Assembly: GCA_016190995.1 (NCBI GenBank)
Contig: JACPPN010000241.1
Coordinates: forward strand, 1-53,860
Length of the DNA: 53,860 nt
Direction: 5' to 3'
Source: Acidobacteriota bacterium
GTDB lineage: Bacteria > Acidobacteriota > Vicinamibacteria > Vicinamibacterales > JACPPN01
Shown here: positions 32,995-42,292 of the stretch, piece after piece
How the letters are laid out: each line of letters opens with the position of its first letter
How positions within the stretch are numbered: the stretch's first letter is position 1
The notes under the pieces: model-generated
What the model saw: only the letters and a program-made list of their open reading frames with translations
The model's database searches: none
Told to the model about the DNA's origin: nothing
Position numbers and translations under genes: made by a program

Positions 32995-35076
32995 GTGACA
33001 GATCAGCAGCGTCGAAAAGGCCTGCAGCTCCCACGACGCCGGGGGTCGGACCGTCCGCGCGTGAAGTCTACGGGCGAGGGCGGCAAGCCTGACTGGCGCC
33101 GCGTCCTGCAGCGCCGGCTCGCGATCGCCGCCATCGGGTTCGGCTGCTGGGCCGTTGCGATCGAGGCGCGCCTCGTCTACCTGCAGGTCGTCACGCACGA
33201 CGAGCTCGTCCTCCGGGCGGAGCGGCAGCAGTTGCGGACGGTCGTGATTCCGGCCAAGCGCGGCGACATCGTCGATCGTCACGGGCGCGTGCTCGCCTAC
33301 AGCGTGGATGCCGAGACGATCTACGCGGTTCCCACGGATATCGACAACCCGGATCGCACGGCGGCCGCGATCTGCCGCGCGCTGGACGATTGCCGCGAGC
33401 GTGATGAGCGTGCGCTTCGGGATCGACTGGGCCGGCAGCGCGCGTTTGCGTTCGTGCGGCGTCAGGTCTGGCCGGATGAGGCGCGTCGCGTCGCGGCGCT
33501 GAACCTGCCCGGCATCGGGTTCCTCAAGGAAAACCGTCGCTACTTCCCGAAAAAGGAGCTGGCGGCGCACCTGCTTGGATATGTCGGCATCGACAACAAC
33601 GGTCTGAACGGCGTCGAAGCGGTGTACGAGCGCCAGATTCGCGGCGAGCCCGGACAGCTCCTCGCTCAGGCCGACGCGCTCCATCGCGCGTTCAGCCGCC
33701 TCGAGCGACCTCCCACGGCCGGCGCGACCCTCGAGCTCACGATCGACGAATACCTCCAGCACATCGCCGAGCGCGAGCTCCGGATCGGCGTCGAGGAGAA
33801 CCGTGCGACGGGCGGCAGCATCGTCATCATGGATCCGCAGACCGGCGAGATACTCGCGATGGCGAACGAGCCGACCTTCAATCCCAACGAGTTCAGCCGC
33901 TTCAGTGACAGCGATCGGCGCAATCGCGCGATCCAGGATCTGTACGAGCCCGGGTCCACCTTCAAGCTCGTGACAGCCTCTGCGGCGCTCGAGGAGAAGA
34001 TCGTCACGCCGGACGATCCCATTGACGTCGGCAGCGGCGCCATCCGCTTCGGCTCACGGCTGATTGAAGACGTGCATCAGTACGGCGTCCTCTCCTTCAC
34101 CGACGTCATCGTCAAGTCGAGCAACATCGGCGCGATCAAGGTTGGCTTGAAGCTCGGACCGGAGCGCCTCGGCCGCTACATCCGTCGGTACGGATTCGGG
34201 CAGGTGTTCTCGCGCGATTTCGCGGGCCAGAGCACGGGCATCGTGTGGGATGCGGCACGGCTCAGCGACAGCGCGCTGGCGTCGGTGTCGATGGGCTACC
34301 AGATCGGCGTGACGCCGCTGCAGATGGTCACCGCCGTCAGTGCCGTGGCGAACGGCGGAGAACTGCTCGAACCGCACCTGGTGCGCGCCGTCTGGCGGAC
34401 CGGCCGGCGCCGTGACGTGCAACGGCGCGTGATTCGCCGAACGATCGCGCCGGAGACGGCCGACGTGGTCACGACGATCATGGAATCGGTCGTCGAGCGC
34501 GGGACGGCGCGACGCGCGCAGCTCGATGACTATATGGTCGCGGGAAAAACGGGAACTTCGGCGAAGCTCGTGAACGGCCATTACTCGAAATCGGAATACA
34601 ACGCGTCGTTCGTCGGGTTCGTCCCGTCGCGCAAGCCCGCGCTTACGATTCTCGTCGTCATTGACTCGCCCCACGGTCACGGCTACATGGGGGGCGTCAT
34701 CGCGGCGCCAATCTTTAAACGCGTCGCCGAAGCGGCCTTGCGGCACCTGGGCATCGGCTCCACACTGCATCCATCACCGCCCGTTCTGGTGGCGCAGGCA
34801 ACCGAATCCGATGGGCTGGCGCCCGTCGGGGTGAAGATGCCGGCGTCGGTCAGGCCTGCGCTCGTGGCGGTCAAGGGCATCATGCCCGACCTGCGCGGTC
34901 TCAGCGCGCGCGAATGCTTGCGGGTCCTGACCCACCTTGGTCTGGCCCCGCGTGTGATCGGTGACGGACTCGTCGTGGCTCAGGAGCCACCGCCTGGATC
35001 GCCGATCGATGAAATGACGTGGTGCGAGCTGTCGCTGAAGCGGCAACCTGTCGCGTCCGGCGGGGCTGCGCCATGA
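32995..35076 (+). CDS. ftsI: Peptidoglycan D,D-transpeptidase FtsI (class B PBP) with C-terminal PASTA domain
   Basis: A GTG start lies 5 nt after GGAG. The SxxK 'PGSTFKLVT', SxN 'KSSNIG' and KTG 'GKTGTS' motifs are present. The C-terminal 'IMPDLRGLSARECLRVLTHLGLAPRVIGDGLVVAQEPPPGSPIDE' is PASTA-like. Confidence 0.9.
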   Translation: MTDQQRRKGLQLPRRRGSDRPRVKSTGEGGKPDWRRVLQRRLAIAAIGFGCWAVAIEARLVYLQVVTHDELVLRAERQQLRTVVIPAKRGDIVDRHGRVLAYSVDAETIYAVPTDIDNPDRTAAAICRALDDCRERDERALRDRLGRQRAFAFVRRQVWPDEARRVAALNLPGIGFLKENRRYFPKKELAAHLLGYVGIDNNGLNGVEAVYERQIRGEPGQLLAQADALHRAFSRLERPPTAGATLELTIDEYLQHIAERELRIGVEENRATGGSIVIMDPQTGEILAMANEPTFNPNEFSRFSDSDRRNRAIQDLYEPGSTFKLVTASAALEEKIVTPDDPIDVGSGAIRFGSRLIEDVHQYGVLSFTDVIVKSSNIGAIKVGLKLGPERLGRYIRRYGFGQVFSRDFAGQSTGIVWDAARLSDSALASVSMGYQIGVTPLQMVTAVSAVANGGELLEPHLVRAVWRTGRRRDVQRRVIRRTIAPETADVVTTIMESVVERGTARRAQLDDYMVAGKTGTSAKLVNGHYSKSEYNASFVGFVPSRKPALTILVVIDSPHGHGYMGGVIAAPIFKRVAEAALRHLGIGSTLHPSPPVLVAQATESDGLAPVGVKMPASVRPALVAVKGIMPDLRGLSARECLRVLTHLGLAPRVIGDGLVVAQEPPPGSPIDEMTWCELSLKRQPVASGGAAP

Positions 35077-36620
35077 CGCTTGGCGAGCTCTTGACCCGGC
35101 TGGCCGGCGTCATGGACATGCAGCGGACCGGCGAAGCGTTGAGCGATGCGGACCTGAGGCAAGGGGTCAGTGCCGTGTCGTACGACTCTCGTCAGGTGAA
35201 CGCCGGCGCGGTATTCGTGGCGCTGCGCGGACGACGTACCGATGGCCTCGCGTTCGCGAACCAGGCGCTCGCACGCGGAGCCATTGCGGTCGTCGCCGAG
35301 GAGAATCCGCCGCCATCGATGTCCGCGCCGTGGCTCACGGTGCCCGATGCGCGCCTCGCGCTGGCGGTGTTGTCGGCCGCGTTCTTCGGTGACCCGAGCG
35401 AGCAGATGCTCGTCGTCGGCGTCACCGGCACCAACGGGAAGACCACGACGGCCTATCTCCTTCAGGAGATTTTCAACCAGGCGGGCATCCTGTGCGGCCG
35501 CATCGGGACGGTGGGCCATCAGATTGGAAGAGACCAGGAGCGATCGGCGCCGCGCACGACGCCGGAGGCGCCAGACTTGCAGCAGTTGTTCCGGGACATG
35601 GTGGACGCGGGCTGCGGCGCCTGCGTGATGGAAGTGTCGTCGCATGCGCTGGCGCTTCGGCGCGTCGACCGGACCCGTTTCGCGGCGGCAGTGTTCACCA
35701 ATCTGACGCGGGACCACCTCGATTTTCACGGCGACATGGAGTCGTATTTCGCCGCCAAGCGGCGTCTCTTCGAGATGTTGCCGGACGAGTCGGTCGCGAT
35801 CATCAATCTCGACGATCCGCGAGGGGACCTGCTCGCGGCCGGCGTCGCCCGACCGGTGACCTATGGCATCGAGCGCGCGGCGGACGTGCGCCCGGGCGCG
35901 ATGGCCCCGTCGCTCGCGGGCCTCTCCTTCGACGTGCGGACGCCGCGCGGGTCGCTGCACGTCGAGTCGTCGCTCGTCGGCCGGCCCAACGCCTACAACC
36001 TCCTCGCCGCGATCGCTGCGGCCATGGCGCTCGACGTACCGTTCTCGGCCATCGAGCGTGGGGTCGCGCGGCTCGGGCACGTGCCCGGCCGCTTCGAGAT
36101 GGTGTCGAGGCCGCACGACGACGTGAGTGTGGTGGTCGATTACGCCCACACCGACGATGCGCTGCGCAACCTGCTCGACACCGCGCGTCCGCTCGCCGCC
36201 GGACGCCTCATCACCGTCTTTGGCTGCGGCGGCGATCGGGATCGCACCAAGCGCCCGCTCATGGGAGCGGTGGCCGCGCGACTCAGCGACGTCGTGGTGG
36301 TCACCTCCGACAACCCGCGCGCGGAGGATCCGGTCCGGATCATCGAGGAAATCCAGCGCGGCATCCCGCCCGCCGGGAGTCGATCGCCGCGCGAGCCGGG
36401 ACGTTCGCCGGATCGCGCCCCTGTATGCCTGACGATCGTCGACCGCCGCGACGCCATCGAGCGCGCGATCAAGGACGCGCTGCCTGGCGACCTCGTGGTC
36501 ATCGCGGGGAAAGGACACGAGCGATATCAGGAAATCGGCGACCGTGTGCTGCCCTTCGACGACGCGGAAGTCGCGCGAACCGCGCTGGCGCGCCGCCGAA
36601 GCGGCTCGCGCGTCGGGTGA
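35073..36620 (+). CDS. murE: UDP-MurNAc-L-Ala-D-Glu:meso-DAP ligase MurE
   Basis: The ATG at 35073 forms an ATGA overlap with the ftsI stop. 'VGVTGTNGKTTT' is the P-loop, and 'VVVTSDNPRAEDP' contains the DNPR motif associated with meso-DAP specificity. Confidence 0.9.
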   Translation: MTLGELLTRLAGVMDMQRTGEALSDADLRQGVSAVSYDSRQVNAGAVFVALRGRRTDGLAFANQALARGAIAVVAEENPPPSMSAPWLTVPDARLALAVLSAAFFGDPSEQMLVVGVTGTNGKTTTAYLLQEIFNQAGILCGRIGTVGHQIGRDQERSAPRTTPEAPDLQQLFRDMVDAGCGACVMEVSSHALALRRVDRTRFAAAVFTNLTRDHLDFHGDMESYFAAKRRLFEMLPDESVAIINLDDPRGDLLAAGVARPVTYGIERAADVRPGAMAPSLAGLSFDVRTPRGSLHVESSLVGRPNAYNLLAAIAAAMALDVPFSAIERGVARLGHVPGRFEMVSRPHDDVSVVVDYAHTDDALRNLLDTARPLAAGRLITVFGCGGDRDRTKRPLMGAVAARLSDVVVVTSDNPRAEDPVRIIEEIQRGIPPAGSRSPREPGRSPDRAPVCLTIVDRRDAIERAIKDALPGDLVVIAGKGHERYQEIGDRVLPFDDAEVARTALARRRSGSRVG

Positions 36621-36631
36621 GTGTCGTTCCC

Positions 36632-38077
36632 ATGCTGGCCCAAGCGAAAGGTGCGGACGTGGGTGGAAGTCGCGGCGGCGCGCAAGCCCCGCTCGGGGTG
36701 ACCGTCTCGGAAATCGCTGCTGCGGTCGACGGTCGGCTCGCATCCGGCCGCGGCGATCGCGTCGTCGACGGATTCTCGATCGACAGCCGCACGCTGTCGC
36801 CCGGCGATCTCTTCTTCGCGATTCAGGGTGAGCGCGTGGACGGGCACGCGTTCGTCGGGTCGGCGCTGGAGCGGGGCGCGTGCGGCGTTGTCGTTCGCGC
36901 CGACGCCGCGCCGCGCCTCCATGCCATCGTGATCGCCGTGGACGACACAACGCGAGCGCTTCAACGGCTGGCCCGACACATCCGGCGACTTTCGGGTGCC
37001 CGGGTCGTGGCCATCACGGGAAGCGCCGGCAAGACAACGACGAAAGAGCTGACGGCCGAACTCTTATCGTCGCAGTTGCGCGTCTATCGCAACAGAGGGA
37101 ACCTCAACAACCACATCGGCCTGCCGCTGTCGCTGCTCGACCTCAGGCACCGGCCCGACGTGGCCGTGGTCGAATTCGGCATGAATCACGCGGGTGAGAT
37201 CCGGACGCTCGTCGGCGTGGCGGAGCCCGAGGTGCGCGTCTGGACGAACGTTGGCGAGGCGCACGCCGGGTTCTTCGAATCGATCGACGCGATTGCGGAC
37301 GCGAAGGCGGAAATCCTGGAGGCCGCGTCCCCGGACGACCTGCTTGTCGCGAATGCGGACGACGCGCGCGTCATCAGTCGCGCGGCGCAGTTCGCCGGGC
37401 GTGTCATCACCTTTGGCATGGATGGAAGCGCCGACGTCTGCATCCGAACGATGGAGGATCGCGCGCTTGATGGCTTCAGCGCCGTCGTCCGAACGCCGGC
37501 GGGAGAGGTGTCGATTCACACGCCGCTCGTCGGCCGCGGCAACCTCGCCAATGCGCTGGCCGCGATTGCGGTGGCCACCGATTTTGGAGTCGCGCTGGAC
37601 GAGATCGCGCGCCGGCTGCGCCGCTTCTGGCCGGCGCCACACCGGGGCGAAGTGCTTCGACTCGGCCGCGGCATCGTGGTCCTCGACGATTCGTACAACT
37701 CGAACCCGACGGCGCTTCGTCTCGCGCTCGACCTTCTGCGCGCCAGCCGGCCGAGCGGCCGCCGGATCGCGGTCGTGGGGGAGATGCTCGAGCTCGGGCG
37801 GTACGCGTTCGAGATGCACGAGGCGTCAGGCCGTGAGCTCGCGCGGTCCGGCATCGATCGACTCGTGGCCGTCGGCGGCGCGCCGGCCCGCGCGCTGGCC
37901 AACGCGGCGGTCGCGGCGGGCATGGCCCCGGCCGTGGTCACGTACTTCGGAACGAGCGATGAAGCGGCGGACGCCATCGGCGCGCTCGTTGGACCCGGGG
38001 ACGTCGTGCTCGTGAAGGGGTCGCGCGGCATCAGGGCAGACAAGGTCGTGGATCGCTTGAAGGCGGAGCTCGCCTGA
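36632..38077 (+). CDS. murF: UDP-MurNAc-tripeptide:D-Ala-D-Ala ligase MurF
   Basis: This is the in-frame distal part of track ORF 35492-38077, whose upstream part is a shadow frame over murE. The start is ATG 36632 (alternative GTG 36698). '[24 protein letters not shown]', '[14 protein letters not shown]' and 'DDSYNSNP' are present. Confidence 0.9.
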   Translation: MLAQAKGADVGGSRGGAQAPLGVTVSEIAAAVDGRLASGRGDRVVDGFSIDSRTLSPGDLFFAIQGERVDGHAFVGSALERGACGVVVRADAAPRLHAIVIAVDDTTRALQRLARHIRRLSGARVVAITGSAGKTTTKELTAELLSSQLRVYRNRGNLNNHIGLPLSLLDLRHRPDVAVVEFGMNHAGEIRTLVGVAEPEVRVWTNVGEAHAGFFESIDAIADAKAEILEAASPDDLLVANADDARVISRAAQFAGRVITFGMDGSADVCIRTMEDRALDGFSAVVRTPAGEVSIHTPLVGRGNLANALAAIAVATDFGVALDEIARRLRRFWPAPHRGEVLRLGRGIVVLDDSYNSNPTALRLALDLLRASRPSGRRIAVVGEMLELGRYAFEMHEASGRELARSGIDRLVAVGGAPARALANAAVAAGMAPAVVTYFGTSDEAADAIGALVGPGDVVLVKGSRGIRADKVVDRLKAELA

Positions 38078-39162
38078 TGCTGTACCACCTGCTGTACCCG
38101 TTCCACACGCAGATCTCGGTCCTGAACGTGACCCGCTACATCACGTTTCGGACCGCCGCCGCCAGCATGACCGCGCTCGCGATCAGCCTGTTGCTCGGGC
38201 CGTGGCTGATTCGCAAGCTGCGGGAGTTTCAGATCGGGCAGGTCATCCGGCACGAGGGGCCCGCCTCACACCGCGCGAAGGCGGGTACGCCCACGATGGG
38301 TGGCATCCTGATTCTGGCGGCGTCGCTGCTGCCGACGCTGCTCTGGGCGGACCTGACGAACGTGTACATCTGGATCGCCGTCGTCGCGACCGCGGCCTTC
38401 GGCGCGATCGGCTTCACCGACGACTACCTCAAGATCGTCCGCCGCACGCATCACGGCCTTCGGCCTCGCTACAAGCTGCTCGCGCAGATCGGGGTTGCCG
38501 TCGGAATCGGGCTGATATTGATGGTGCTGGCGGAGCGAAACCTCTACAACACGCGTCTGATTTTTCCGTTCTTCAAAGGGCTGATTCCCGATCTCGCGTG
38601 GTGGTACGTGCCGTTCGGGATCGTGGTGCTCGTCGGCGCGTCGAACGCGGTCAACCTGACCGACGGACTCGACGGTCTCGCGATCAGCGCGTTTGCCGTC
38701 GCAGCCGCCACCTCCACGGCCCTCAGCTACGTCACGGGTCATCGCGTGTTCGCGGAGTACCTCAATATCGCGCGTTTTCCGCTGTCGGGCGAGCTGACGA
38801 TTTTCTGCGGGTCGCTGGTCGGCGCGAGCCTCGGATTCCTCTGGTACAACTCTTATCCCGCGGACGTCTTCATGGGTGACGTCGGATCACTGGCGCTCGG
38901 CGGCGCGCTCGGAACGGTGGCGATTCTCATCAAGCAGGAGCTATTGCTCGTCATCGTCGGCGGCACGTTCGTGCTCGAGGCCTTGTCGGTCATCGTGCAG
39001 GTGGGATCGTTCAAGCTGACGGGCCAGCGGGTGCTGAAGATGGCGCCGCTCCATCATCACTTCGAGCTGATCGGCTGGAGCGAGCCGAAGATTATCTCGC
39101 GCTTCCTGATCGTCTCGATCGTGTTCGCCCTGTTCAGCCTCACGACCTTGAAGTTGCGATGA
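38077..39162 (+). CDS. mraY: Phospho-N-acetylmuramoyl-pentapeptide transferase MraY
   Basis: '[12 protein letters not shown]', 'GFTDDYLKI', '[13 protein letters not shown]' and 'MAPLHHHFE' are present. The start overlaps the murF stop by 1 nt. Confidence 0.95.
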   Translation: MLYHLLYPFHTQISVLNVTRYITFRTAAASMTALAISLLLGPWLIRKLREFQIGQVIRHEGPASHRAKAGTPTMGGILILAASLLPTLLWADLTNVYIWIAVVATAAFGAIGFTDDYLKIVRRTHHGLRPRYKLLAQIGVAVGIGLILMVLAERNLYNTRLIFPFFKGLIPDLAWWYVPFGIVVLVGASNAVNLTDGLDGLAISAFAVAAATSTALSYVTGHRVFAEYLNIARFPLSGELTIFCGSLVGASLGFLWYNSYPADVFMGDVGSLALGGALGTVAILIKQELLLVIVGGTFVLEALSVIVQVGSFKLTGQRVLKMAPLHHHFELIGWSEPKIISRFLIVSIVFALFSLTTLKLR

Positions 39163-39470
39163 AGAAGTGTTCCGCGATGGTGACGCCAGTTGCAGAACCC
39201 TGGATGCGGCCGCCCCAAGGCGTCGCGCGGCGTGGTCGAGGTGGCGTCCGGGCAAAGCGATCCTTGATGGCGGTCGTGCGACAGGCGCTCTGCGGCCTGA
39301 GAGAGCACGACCTGGTGATGCAATTCGAGCGCGACCGCTTGTTCCTTCGCTGCGATCAGTGCGGGTACGAGTCGGCCGGGTGGGACGTCGGACGGCGGCG
39401 CGCCCGGCCGTCTTACGACCGGCCGGTCCAGCGGTCTCGGCGCCGGACCAGCGCCGCGGGCTCACGGTAG
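39159..39470 (+). CDS. Small hypothetical Cys/His-containing basic protein inserted between mraY and murD
   Basis: The 103-codon ORF forms an ATGA overlap with the mraY stop. GC3 is clearly high only from about codon 37 (ATG 39267, '[41 protein letters not shown]'), so the real product may be about 67 aa. No family was recognised. Confidence 0.4.
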   Translation: MKKCSAMVTPVAEPWMRPPQGVARRGRGGVRAKRSLMAVVRQALCGLREHDLVMQFERDRLFLRCDQCGYESAGWDVGRRRARPSYDRPVQRSRRRTSAAGSR

Positions 39471-39482
39471 CCGGGAGAGGCC

Positions 39483-40844
39483 GTGGCGGGCTTCAGCCTC
39501 GAGGGCAAACGGGTCGTCGTGGTTGGCGCCCGTCGGAGCGGCCTCGCGGCCATCGAGCTGCTCCTCGCGCGCGGTGCGCGGGTGACGCTCGCCGAGGTGC
39601 GGGTGGTGCTCGAGCCCGCGGAGCTCGCGCGGACCGGCGGGGCGGAGCTTGAGCTCGGAGAACATCGCGTGCAGACGTTTCGCGAGGCCGATCTCGTGGT
39701 CTTGAGTCCTGGCGTGCCGCTCGGCCAGCCTGCGCTCGACGCGGCGCGCGCGGCGGCTGTGCCGATCATCGGAGAAATCGAACTCGCGTCGCGGTGGCTG
39801 AAAGGGCGCATCGTCGCCATCACCGGCACCAAGGGGAAATCGACGACGACGACGCTCATTGAACGAATCCTGCGGGAGGGCGGGCTGGACGCGCGCGTCG
39901 GGGGCAACATCGGCGCGGCGCTCAGCGCGAATGTGGCGGGATCGACCGACGAGACCGTTCACGTGGTCGAGATCAGCAGCTTTCAGCTCGAGACGATCGT
40001 CACGTTTCATCCGGCGATCGCGGTGTTCCTCAACTTCAGCGCGGATCATCTCGATCGGCATGCGTCGATCGAGGAGTACGCGACCGCGAAATGCCGCATC
40101 TTCGAGAACCAGACGGAACGCGACTGGGCCGTGATCAACGCCGATGATCCTGATGTGGTCCGGATGGCGAGGCACGGACGCGCGCGAACGCTCCGCTTCG
40201 CGCTGGACACGCCGCTCGACGAGGGGATCGTGATCGCCGGCGATGCAATCGCCGAACGTACCGGCTCCGGCGAGGTGCCCCTCGTTCCGCTCTCCGCGGT
40301 CCGGCTGATCGGCCGGCACCTCGTCGCCGACGTCATGGCCGCCGCGGCCGTCGGCCGGCTTTTTGATGTGCCCTCGGAGATCATGACCCGCGCGGTAACG
40401 TCGTTCACGGGCCTCGAGCACGCACTTGAGCCGGTCGCGGAAATCGACGGCGTACGGTTCGTCAACGACTCGAAGGCGACGAACGTCGCGGCGGCACGGC
40501 GTGCCATCGAGAGCTTCCAATGCGATCTCGTGCCAATCATCGGGGGGCGCTTCAAGGGCGGCGACCTGCGCGACCTTCGAGCGCTGCTCGCCGGCCGCGC
40601 GGTTGCCGTGGTGGCGATCGGCGAATCACGCGATCTCGTGACCGACGCCTTTGCGGATCTGCTACCGGTTCATCGCGCCTCCAGCATGAAAGAAGCGGTC
40701 GAACGCGCGTTCGCGGCGGCGCCGCGAGGCGGCACCGTGCTGCTGGCGCCGGCCTGCGCCAGCTTCGACATGTTCGCCGATTACGCCGAGCGTGGACGGG
40801 TCTTCAAGCAGGAAGTGGCGCGCCTGCAGGAGCATGAGCAGTGA
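39483..40844 (+). CDS. murD: UDP-MurNAc-L-Ala:D-Glu ligase MurD
   Basis: A GTG start follows GGAGAGG. 'GKRVVVVGARRSGLAAIELLLARGARV' and 'VAITGTKGKSTTTTL' are present, in the conserved position. Confidence 0.9.
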   Translation: MAGFSLEGKRVVVVGARRSGLAAIELLLARGARVTLAEVRVVLEPAELARTGGAELELGEHRVQTFREADLVVLSPGVPLGQPALDAARAAAVPIIGEIELASRWLKGRIVAITGTKGKSTTTTLIERILREGGLDARVGGNIGAALSANVAGSTDETVHVVEISSFQLETIVTFHPAIAVFLNFSADHLDRHASIEEYATAKCRIFENQTERDWAVINADDPDVVRMARHGRARTLRFALDTPLDEGIVIAGDAIAERTGSGEVPLVPLSAVRLIGRHLVADVMAAAAVGRLFDVPSEIMTRAVTSFTGLEHALEPVAEIDGVRFVNDSKATNVAAARRAIESFQCDLVPIIGGRFKGGDLRDLRALLAGRAVAVVAIGESRDLVTDAFADLLPVHRASSMKEAVERAFAAAPRGGTVLLAPACASFDMFADYAERGRVFKQEVARLQEHEQ

Positions 40845-40959
40845 GCAGTCATCAGTCTGGCTGCGGCGATGGAGAGCTGGCTGCTGGGAACGCAGGCTGC
40901 CCCGGTCTGCGGAGCTGGTGTCTCTATCCCCAGCCGGACTGATGACTGCTGACTGCTCA
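40835..40959 (+). repeat. Long imperfect inverted repeat (about 29-bp stem, 67-nt interior) starting in the last codons of murD
   Basis: 40836-40857 'gagcagtgagcagtcatcagtc' pairs with 40937-40958 'gactgatgactgctgactgctc' at 21 of 22 positions. The pairing extends through 40858-40863 / 40931-40936 (one G-U). Confidence 0.6.
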
Positions 40960-41116
40960 CCCGCTCGAACGAGCATCGAGCGGAGTCCTTCGCCTCCGGA
41001 CGGCAGGCATGCGACGGCCGCGGAGAGAAGTGCCGATCGCGGGAGCGTGAGGCAGCGACGGTCTCGACGACCGCTTAACGTTTCGGGCTGAGCTCGACAG
41101 AAGTTTAGAGCTCGGC

Positions 41117-42247
41117 GTGCTCACCCCCGATCAGGCGGGGAGTATGGCGCGAAAGCTCAAATCCGACAAGCTCCTTTTTCTCGTGACCCTCCTCCTCGTC
41201 GGGGCGAGCGTCGTGATGGTGTACAGCGCCTCCGCAGTCCTGGCGATGGACCGCTTCAAGCAGCCCTACCTCTTCCTCTTCAAGCAGATTACGTGGGCGA
41301 CGCTCGGGGTCTTCCTGCTCGCCCTGATGATGCGGATCGACTACCGCAACTACAAGCAGCCGGTGGTCATCTGGACCGCGCTCGGCGTCGTCGTCGCGGC
41401 GCTCGTCGCCGTGCTCTTCAGCCCGCCGATCAACGGGACCCGCCGCTGGTTCGCGGTCGCGAACATCGGCGTTCAGCCATCCGAGCTCGCGAAGATGGCC
41501 GCGATCCTTTTCACGGCGGCAATCCTGGAGCGCCGCATGGACCGCATTGACGAGCCCTCGTACGCGCTGCTGCCGATTGGCGCGGTCGTCGGCCTGATGG
41601 GCTGCCTCATTCTGCTCGAACCCGACTTCGGAACCGCGGTGTCGCTCGCGCTCGTCGCCGGCGTGATGATCTTTGCAGCGGGCATCAACTATCGGTACCT
41701 CGCCGCGCTGTTTCTGGCCCTCGTGCCGGCGCTCTACATCGTGCTGATGAGCGCGTCGTATCGCCGCCGCCGCATGCTGGCGTTTCTCAACCCCTGGAGC
41801 GATCCGCTCGGCGACGGTTTCCAGATCATCCAGTCGCTCATCGCGGTCGGCGGCGGCGGGGTATTCGGTCGCGGCCTGATGGGAGGCATTCAGAAGCTGT
41901 TTTATCTCCCGGAGCCGCATACCGACTTCATCTATGCGGTGATTTCGGAGGAGCTCGGACTGATTGGGGCGACGGCCGTCCTGATCTGCTTCGTCGTGAT
42001 CACCTGGCGCGGGCTTCGAATTGCGTCGCGGGCGCCCGATCGGTTCGGCGCATTCCTGGCCCTGGGCCTGACGATGATGATGTCCGTGCAGGCGTTTGTG
42101 AACATCAGCGTCGTCCTGAGCCTGCTGCCGACCAAGGGGATTCCCCTCCCGTTCGTCAGCGCGGGCGGGTCGTCGTTGCTGATCAACCTGCTGGGGATGG
42201 GCATGCTCCTCAACATCTCGCAGCACGCCTCGTCCTCGCACGCATGA
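41117..42247 (+). CDS. ftsW: SEDS-family peptidoglycan glycosyltransferase / cell division protein FtsW
   Basis: 'LLLVGASVVMVYSAS', 'QPSELAKMAAILF', 'LLEPDFGTA', 'PEPHTDFIYAVISEELG' and 'LPTKGIPLPFVSAGGSS' are present. The start is GTG 41117 or ATG 41144 ('MARKLKSDK'). Confidence 0.9.
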   Translation: MLTPDQAGSMARKLKSDKLLFLVTLLLVGASVVMVYSASAVLAMDRFKQPYLFLFKQITWATLGVFLLALMMRIDYRNYKQPVVIWTALGVVVAALVAVLFSPPINGTRRWFAVANIGVQPSELAKMAAILFTAAILERRMDRIDEPSYALLPIGAVVGLMGCLILLEPDFGTAVSLALVAGVMIFAAGINYRYLAALFLALVPALYIVLMSASYRRRRMLAFLNPWSDPLGDGFQIIQSLIAVGGGGVFGRGLMGGIQKLFYLPEPHTDFIYAVISEELGLIGATAVLICFVVITWRGLRIASRAPDRFGAFLALGLTMMMSVQAFVNISVVLSLLPTKGIPLPFVSAGGSSLLINLLGMGMLLNISQHASSSHA

Positions 42248-42292
42248 CGCCGGCTGTGCGGGAACGCGCACTGGTGAATCTGGACGGCAGCC

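Noticed and set aside
35492-36631. Apparent 861-aa MurF with a 380-aa N-terminal extension, considered as a possible murE-murF fusion or overlapping gene
   Set aside because: The extension is an Arg-rich alternative frame lying entirely over murE. MurF homology begins only after ATG 36632, right after the murE stop.
34980-36950. 656-aa minus-strand ORF antisense to murE/murF
   Set aside because: It is a shadow ORF; murE and murF motifs are unambiguous on the plus strand.
39167-39652. 161-aa plus-strand ORF overlapping the small ORF and the murD start
   Set aside because: It has Arg/Ala/Gly-rich composition and overlaps the well-supported murD N-terminus in another frame.
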